The notes below the pieces were generated by a model, which was given only the letters and a program-made list of their open reading frames with translations, was not told the DNA's origin and ran no database searches. Made by a program: the position numbers and the translations under genes. DNA of 64,000 nt from positions 2,968,158 through 3,032,157 of the forward strand of contig OZ244070.1 of the NCBI GenBank assembly GCA_965215605.1, in the 5' to 3' direction. Below are positions 55,479-64,000 of the stretch, piece by piece (position 1 is the first letter of the stretch; every line of letters begins with the position of its first letter). The DNA is from an uncultured Candidatus Binatia bacterium (GTDB lineage: Bacteria > Desulfobacterota > Binatia > UBA9968 > JAJDTQ01).

Positions 55479-56168
55479 TCAGGACCCCGGGCGAGGCTCC
55501 CGTTTCCCGGCGGCATGGTCGGGCTCGGCGAACGGACAGAGGCGGTTCTTCATGACGACGGCCCGGTTGGACGCGTCGAAGCCGGTCCTGAGCTCGAAAT
55601 CGAGGTGCATCACCGATTCGGGATCGTCGGTGTGGACGGCTCCCAGGAGGTGTCCCATTTCATGAATCAACGCCAGCGCGTCGTGGTTCAGCTCGTCCCC
55701 GTGGGTAAAGGTCTCGCCGACGTGGCTCACGATGTAGTTTCCCAGTCCCTCGGTGCAGTTGCCCAGGCGGTCCGCGCGGGCGCGGCCGCCGCGGTAGAAG
55801 TTGAGCGGCTGCTGGGTCAACCCGATGACGACGTCATGGGGCTGGTTGCCGCCCGCCCTGGGATAGGAGAGCTTGAGGCGTTTCATCAAGGTGACCGAGG
55901 AGGCCGTGGTCCTATCGACGCGCCAGGGTTCCGTGGCCTGTCGCACCAGCCGGATACCGAACCGTTCCTCGTAGTAGTCCGACGCCGCCCGCAGCAGGTC
56001 CTTGGCCGTGTCGCGCCAGAGCGGTTCGTGTCGTCGCAATATCGGACCGGCCACCAGCTTGACCCGGACCACCCGGAGCGGGCGGGTGGTCCCGTCCGGC
56101 GGCCGGGCGGTGCAGCCCGCCAGCACGAGGCCGCTAAAGACGAACCAGATTATCAGGCGGCGCGTCAT
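55479..56168 (-). CDS. Metzincin-type zinc metalloprotease lipoprotein
   Basis: Lipobox FSGLVLAGC. Zinc motif HEMGHLLGAVH (HExxHxxGxxH), with a possible Met-turn at ESVMH. The start is ATG 56168 or 56189. Confidence 0.7.
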   Translation of the reverse strand: MTRRLIIWFVFSGLVLAGCTARPPDGTTRPLRVVRVKLVAGPILRRHEPLWRDTAKDLLRAASDYYEERFGIRLVRQATEPWRVDRTTASSVTLMKRLKLSYPRAGGNQPHDVVIGLTQQPLNFYRGGRARADRLGNCTEGLGNYIVSHVGETFTHGDELNHDALALIHEMGHLLGAVHTDDPESVMHLDFELRTGFDASNRAVVMKNRLCPFAEPDHAAGKREPRPGS

Positions 56169-57090
56169 CGTCGGTAAGAGGCTCGACATCGTCCTGGTCC
56201 AGGGCGCCCGCGTAGTAGCACCTCCGGATCTTGCTGGCCGGGTCGGGGAAGAGGTCCCGGCCGAGGCGGATCGCCCGCCGTTCCATCTCCTTCAGGCTCA
56301 TGCGTTCCCGCGCCTTGCTGGCCAGGACCACGATGTTCTGAATTTCGCCCAGGACGTGGCCGCGGTTGCCGAACGTGGGGAAGGTGTAGACTTGCGGGAA
56401 CAGGCCCGCGAGGGTCTTGATGGCGGCACGGATGAGCTTGCTGTCGGGTCCGCGCAGCGCGCCGATGAGATTGATCACGAGCACGCCCTCCGGCGTCATC
56501 CTGCGGTGGGCGGCGTCAAAGAACTCGCGCGTGGCCAGGTGGAAGGGCATGTTGTCGGCGTAGTAGGCGTCCAGCAGGATCAGGTCGAAACGGTCCTCGG
56601 TACGCGCCAGGTACTCCCGGCCGTCGCCGCTGTGCACCCGCTGGCGCGCATCCTCCCGGAAGTGGAAGAACTCCCGCGCGACCTCCACCACGTCGGGGTC
56701 GATCTCGATGGAGTCGATCTCCATCTCGGGGAACTCCTGGTGGTACTTCTTGGCCATGGATGCGCCGCCGAGCCCGATGATCAACGCCTTGGCGGCGTCC
56801 GGCCTGAGCACCAGCCCCAGGGAGGCGAAGCGGGAGTAGAGCAGTTCCAGGGCGGAAGGGTCGCGCCGGTCCATGGAGCTCTGCAGGGTGCCGTCGAAAT
56901 AGAGGTAGCGGCGTTCCCGGGTTTCTTCCACCCGGATCCGGTGGTGGCCGGTATCCTTCTCGTACAGGGTCTTGGCCCATGCGCGCCCCAGCACGGCGGA
57001 TTTCATGGCTCCCGGCAGCGCCGCCACGGACTGCCGGAGCCTGCCCCCGCCGTCCACGAGCCAGTCCGCGAGGCGTTGCACGGAGTTCAT
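56134..57090 (-). CDS. Spermidine-synthase-like (class I methyltransferase-fold aminopropyltransferase family) protein
   Basis: ALIIGLGGASMAK, IEIDPDVVEVAREFF, DLILLDAY and the C-terminal LTDDDAPPDNL. Confidence 0.75.
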   Translation of the reverse strand: MNSVQRLADWLVDGGGRLRQSVAALPGAMKSAVLGRAWAKTLYEKDTGHHRIRVEETRERRYLYFDGTLQSSMDRRDPSALELLYSRFASLGLVLRPDAAKALIIGLGGASMAKKYHQEFPEMEIDSIEIDPDVVEVAREFFHFREDARQRVHSGDGREYLARTEDRFDLILLDAYYADNMPFHLATREFFDAAHRRMTPEGVLVINLIGALRGPDSKLIRAAIKTLAGLFPQVYTFPTFGNRGHVLGEIQNIVVLASKARERMSLKEMERRAIRLGRDLFPDPASKIRRCYYAGALDQDDVEPLTDDDAPPDNLVRL

Positions 57091-57114
57091 GCGCCCCGCC
57101 TGCCGGCAGCGGCG

Positions 57115-59112
57115 CTACAATTGACTGTAGTACCAGTCTTCATGGACCAGCGACATGGGCTCCAGGAGATCCTCGGAGATCCCGTCGATGAACTGTGAGG
57201 GACGCGAGAACACCATCCCCAGGGAACGGTCGTACACGCGCGCGGGATAGGCGAAGAACAGGTTTTCCTTGGCGCGGGTGGCGGCCACGTAGAGCAGCCG
57301 GCGCTCTTCCTCCAGCTCCTCCAGGCTGTTGGTGTTGTAGTACGACGGGAACCGGCCTTCCAGTGCCCAGATGACGAACACCGAATGCCACTCCAGCCCC
57401 TTGGCGGAGTGGACGGTGGAGAGCACCAGGGGGCCTTCGTCGGGGTCCACCGGCAGGGCCTCGTCGACGCTGGCGGAGGGCGGATCCAGCGCCATGTCGC
57501 TCAACAGGCGCTCGATGCTCTGGTAGCGTTCGGTGATCTCCTGGAAGTGCTCCAGGTCCCGCAGCCGCTTGGGATAGTCGTCGGCGTGTTTCCGCTTGAG
57601 GATCGGAAGATAGTACTGCATCAGGTAATGGGCCATGTCGGCGGGGCGGGTTCGTTCCGCGCACTCGCCCATAACCTGGGCCAGGGTCTTGAGCCCCTGC
57701 TTCGTCCGGCCCCGCGTTTCCATCCGCTTCAAGGCTTGGCCGGGATCCGCCTCGGCCAGCATCTGGTCGATGAGCTTGCGGCTCATCTGGGGGCCGATGC
57801 CCTCCAGCAGCATCAGCACCCGGCTCCAGGACACCGCGTCCCGCGGGTTGCTCACCACCCGCAGATGCGCCAGCAGGTCCTTCACATGGGCCGTTTCCAT
57901 GAACTGGAAGCCGCCGCGCTTCACGAAGGGGATGTCGTGGCGGGCGAGCTCGATCTCGAGGTCGAATGAATGGAAGCTCGAGCGGAACAGCACCGCCATG
58001 TCCCACAGCGGCACTCCCTCTTCCCGCAGTTCCAGCACGCGCTGGCACACGAAGCGCGACTGGGCCTGCTCGCTCTCCGCCTGGACCAGCACCGGGACAT
58101 CGCCTTCGCTCTTGCTGCTGAACAGGGTTTTCTCGTAGCGCTCCGAGGCCCGGGTGATGATCTCGTTGGTGAGCCGCAGGATGGGCTGGGTGCTGCGGTA
58201 GTTTTCCTCCAGCGCGATGATCGTTGTTCCCGGAAACTCGTTCGGGAAGTCCATGATGTTACGGAAGTTGGCGCCGCGGAAGGAGTAGATGCTCTGGGCG
58301 TCGTCGCCCACCGCCATGACGTTGTCGTGGGTGAAGGCCAGCCGGCGGACGATGTCCGATTGAAGGCGGTTGGTGTCCTGATATTCGTCCACCATGATGA
58401 AGCGAAAGCGCTCCGACAACCGGCGCCGCAAGTCCTCGTGCGAGTCCAGGAGGTCCCGGAGGCAGGTGAGCAGATCGTCGTAGTCCAGCAGGGACTTCTC
58501 GCGTTTGTAGACCTGGTAGCGTTCCGCGATGGTCGACAGTTCCTCCAGGAAATCCGCCAGGTGCGGGTAATCGCGCGCCACGATGTCGGGGAGAGGCACC
58601 TGCTTGTTGCGCGCCAGGCTGTGGATCTCGGCGATGGTCTGTTTCCGCGGAAAGCGCTTCTCCCGGCTGTCCAGACCCATCTGCGAGCGCAGGAGCTGGA
58701 TCACGTCCTCGCTGTCGGAGCGGTCCATGATGGTGAAGCTCGGCGCCAGGCCCAGGAGTTGGCCGTATTGCCGCAGCACCATGTTGCCGAAGGAGTGGAA
58801 CGTTCCCCCGGCCACGCGCTCGCAACGGGAGTCGGTCAGAAGGCTCGCCCGCCGCAGCATCTCTTCGGAGGCACGGCGGGTGAAGGTAAGCAGCAGGATC
58901 GATCGCGGGTCGATGCCCCTTTCAATGAGCCGGGCCACCCGGTAGACCAACGTACGGGTCTTTCCGGTGCCGGCGCCGGCGACGACCAGGAGCGGACCCT
59001 CGAGGAAGGTCGCGGCTTGCCGCTGCGCCTCGTTGAGCTCATCCTCATAGGCGATGGGGGATCCGGTGCGCGACGGTGCCGTGTCGCTCCTTAGGACGTA
59101 TTTGCGCGCCAA
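57115..59112 (-). CDS. UvrD/PcrA/Rep-family DNA helicase
   Basis: LNEAQRQAA..VVAGAGTGKTRTLV, IMVDEYQDTN, VGDDAQSIYSFRGA, STVHSAKGLEW and LLYVAATRAK. There is no in-frame ATG near the homology start. I propose TTG 59112, which follows GGAG. Confidence 0.9.
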   Translation of the reverse strand: MARKYVLRSDTAPSRTGSPIAYEDELNEAQRQAATFLEGPLLVVAGAGTGKTRTLVYRVARLIERGIDPRSILLLTFTRRASEEMLRRASLLTDSRCERVAGGTFHSFGNMVLRQYGQLLGLAPSFTIMDRSDSEDVIQLLRSQMGLDSREKRFPRKQTIAEIHSLARNKQVPLPDIVARDYPHLADFLEELSTIAERYQVYKREKSLLDYDDLLTCLRDLLDSHEDLRRRLSERFRFIMVDEYQDTNRLQSDIVRRLAFTHDNVMAVGDDAQSIYSFRGANFRNIMDFPNEFPGTTIIALEENYRSTQPILRLTNEIITRASERYEKTLFSSKSEGDVPVLVQAESEQAQSRFVCQRVLELREEGVPLWDMAVLFRSSFHSFDLEIELARHDIPFVKRGGFQFMETAHVKDLLAHLRVVSNPRDAVSWSRVLMLLEGIGPQMSRKLIDQMLAEADPGQALKRMETRGRTKQGLKTLAQVMGECAERTRPADMAHYLMQYYLPILKRKHADDYPKRLRDLEHFQEITERYQSIERLLSDMALDPPSASVDEALPVDPDEGPLVLSTVHSAKGLEWHSVFVIWALEGRFPSYYNTNSLEELEEERRLLYVAATRAKENLFFAYPARVYDRSLGMVFSRPSQFIDGISEDLLEPMSLVHEDWYYSQL

Positions 59113-59294
59113 GCCTGATCTCCAGTGATCTCCAGACGGTTGCCGGCGCGGGAGGCCGGCCTCGAGGCGTCCCGGAACCGCGGCGCCGGGACAGACCGGA
59201 AGGTTATCACAACGCGCCTTCCGCGGAAAGATTGGTTGTTGTAAACCCAAGGGTGAGGAACGCAATACTAGACAGGGCAGAAACACTCGATTGG

Positions 59295-60968
59295 ATGGAA
59301 TCCATGGTGGCAGTCCGGTTCCGTCGCTTTTTCACGATCTTCGTATTTGCATCCGCACTCCTTTCGGGGGGGGCGCTTGCGCAGACCCGTCTCGACGGTG
59401 TGGTGGTCACGGACCACCACGCGGCGGTGAGGGCGGGAATGGAGATCCTGGAACAGGGCGGCAACGCCGTGGACGCCGCGGTGGCGGCGGCCTTTGCGCT
59501 GGCGGTGGTGGATCCGGCCTCGTCCGGCCTCGGCGGCGGCGGTGTCATGGTGGTCTACCAGTCCAGGGAGAAGAAGGCCCACGCGCTGGACTTCACCACG
59601 GTTTCGCCGGCGGTGGCCCCGGCGCTCTACCGAAGTGGAGCCGACGTCCGCGTGAATCCGCCGGAGAGCGGCGCCCTGGCCGTGGCCGTTCCCGGAACGG
59701 TGGCCGGGCTCGCCGAGGGCTTGAAGAGGTTTGGCCGTCTGCCGTTGGAAACGGTGCTGGCGCCGGCCATTCGCTACGCCACGGAGGGGTCGCGGGTAAC
59801 CCCCAGCCTTCGCCGTGCCATTGAGGACAATCTGCCCGCGCTGCGCCAACGGCCCAATTTCTCGCGCATCTTTCTCGATGCCGCCGGAGCGCCCCACGAG
59901 GTGGGAGGCCTCATCCGCCAACCGGAACTGGCGGAGACCCTCAGGACCATCGCCAGGGAGGGCGCGCCCGCTTTCTACGAGGGCGCCATCGCCCGGTCCA
60001 TCGCGGCCCGGATCAAGAAGGACGGCGGCGCCGTGACGCTGGAGGACCTCAACAGCTACAGACCCGTGTGGCGTTCGCCCGTCATCGGCAAATACCGGGG
60101 CAGGACCGTGATCACGGCGCCGGCCCCGAGCGCGGGCGGGTTGGCGCTGGTGGGACTCCTGAACGCCATGGAGGGCTACGGCCCGGACCAGTTCCGCCAC
60201 AACTCCGGGGCCTACCTGCACTTGGTGGCGGAGACCACCAAGGCGGGCACGGCCGACCTGCTGGAGTTGCTGGGAGACCCGGACTCCAACGAGGTTCCGG
60301 TTCAACGCATCACCTCCAGTGAGCGAGCCGCGGCAGTCCGCAAGCGGGTGTCCCTGGAGCAGGCCGCGCGCGGGCCCGTGGCCTCGCCGATGTACCGGTC
60401 GACAGATGACGACGGCACCAACCACATCGACGTGCTGGACGGCGACGGCAACGCGGTGTCCATGAGCGTTGCCCTCGGCAGCTCCTTCGGCGCCAAGGTG
60501 CTGGTACGGGAGACCGGCACCGTTCTCAACAACCAGATGCGGAACTTTTCGCCCGGAGGCGGGTCTGACGAGGCGGAGAGCGCGCCCAACATGCTCAAGC
60601 CGCGGAAGCGTCCGGTGAACGGGATGACCCCGGCCATCCTGCTCGAGGACGATAGGCCGGTGCTGATCGTCGGCGCTTCCGGCGGCGCGCGGATCACCGG
60701 CGCGGTGCTTCAGACCATCCTCAACGTGCTGGACTTCCGCATGCCAGTGACCACGGCCTTGGCGGCGGCGCGAATTCATGTGCCCGCGGGCGAGCGGCAA
60801 ACGGTGGAGGTGGAGACTGCCGTGAGCGAGGAGGCCGTAAAGGCTTTGGAGGACAAGGGGCACACGGTCCGCAGGACATCCCGGTTGGGAGCGGTTCAAG
60901 CCATCCGGGTCGAGGGGAAACGCATCACCGGGGCCTCCGACCCGCGCCAGACGGACCTGGCACGCTGA
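59295..60968 (+). CDS. ggt: Gamma-glutamyltransferase
   Basis: Signal peptide, then GGNAVDAAVAAAFALAVVDPASSGLGGGG, GTNHIDVLDGDGNAVS and ASDPRQ. Confidence 0.9.
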   Translation: MESMVAVRFRRFFTIFVFASALLSGGALAQTRLDGVVVTDHHAAVRAGMEILEQGGNAVDAAVAAAFALAVVDPASSGLGGGGVMVVYQSREKKAHALDFTTVSPAVAPALYRSGADVRVNPPESGALAVAVPGTVAGLAEGLKRFGRLPLETVLAPAIRYATEGSRVTPSLRRAIEDNLPALRQRPNFSRIFLDAAGAPHEVGGLIRQPELAETLRTIAREGAPAFYEGAIARSIAARIKKDGGAVTLEDLNSYRPVWRSPVIGKYRGRTVITAPAPSAGGLALVGLLNAMEGYGPDQFRHNSGAYLHLVAETTKAGTADLLELLGDPDSNEVPVQRITSSERAAAVRKRVSLEQAARGPVASPMYRSTDDDGTNHIDVLDGDGNAVSMSVALGSSFGAKVLVRETGTVLNNQMRNFSPGGGSDEAESAPNMLKPRKRPVNGMTPAILLEDDRPVLIVGASGGARITGAVLQTILNVLDFRMPVTTALAAARIHVPAGERQTVEVETAVSEEAVKALEDKGHTVRRTSRLGAVQAIRVEGKRITGASDPRQTDLAR

Positions 60969-60984
60969 CGGAGACTCGCGCCGG

Positions 60985-63880
<2,896 letters not shown>

Positions 63881-64000
63881 GTTGCCGTCACTCCTGGTCT
63901 GTTCCGCCACCATGGGCGTCTTGGTCAGGCTCCAATAAAGGGGCGCCTCGTCCACACGCTCTCCCGGTTCTTCCATCAATCGAGGGCCTCCATGAGGATC

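Noticed and set aside
60414-60425. GGT autoprocessing site reads G-T-N-H instead of the familiar T-T-H
   Set aside because: The nucleophilic Thr after Gly is present and only the following residue differs. Without an alignment this is not evidence of an inactive or unusual enzyme.
63976-64000. 3' end of another minus-strand gene (..ILMEALD, stop TGA 63978-63976) upstream of serA, possibly serC
   Set aside because: Only seven codons are inside the window, too few to call a product.

Overview
High-GC bacterial chromosomal segment (hand-counted 60-nt lines mostly 65-72% G+C). It is gene-dense, with about 60 CDS, and has many 4-nt start/stop overlaps. I recognised no rRNA, tRNA, CRISPR array, integrase or transposase. 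Left to right: (i) a pterin/folate mini-operon (SDR-folB-folK) chained to a Tat-signal phytase-like esterase. (ii) A UbiD decarboxylase, an M20 peptidase and an amidohydrolase_2, followed by three tandem paralogous 5S/OadA-type carboxyltransferase genes with no biotin carrier in view. (iii) An accessory stretch at 15.6-22.9 kb. It holds a markedly low-GC two-gene module (ABC-type ATPase translationally coupled to a small Cys-rich PD-(D/E)xK-like protein), which is my top candidate for an undescribed defence system. It also holds an orphan lipoprotein plus small-helical-protein pair, two VapC toxin-antitoxin pairs and a decayed AbiEii toxin gene. (iv) A GMC dehydrogenase, recQ, an aminotransferase with orphan Dpp/Opp-type permeases, an ArsS-type radical-SAM plus GT2 pair, a HigA relic, and ilvE-ogt-SDR. 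(v) An aromatic/hydroxycinnamate catabolic island: hydantoinase-like enzyme, thrH, dienelactone hydrolase, duplicated HCHL-type hydratase-lyases, TctCAB, ADP-forming acyl-CoA synthetase, LigBA-type dioxygenase, hydrolases, LLM, SDR, Rrf2 and acetoacetyl-CoA synthetase. (vi) A housekeeping right end: metzincin lipoprotein, spermidine-synthase-like protein, UvrD-like helicase, ggt, purA and serA. Many long ORFs in the supplied track are antisense or off-frame shadows typical of high-GC DNA and were not called. All family assignments come from motif recognition by eye, not from database searches. Taxon cannot be assigned from the sequence alone.
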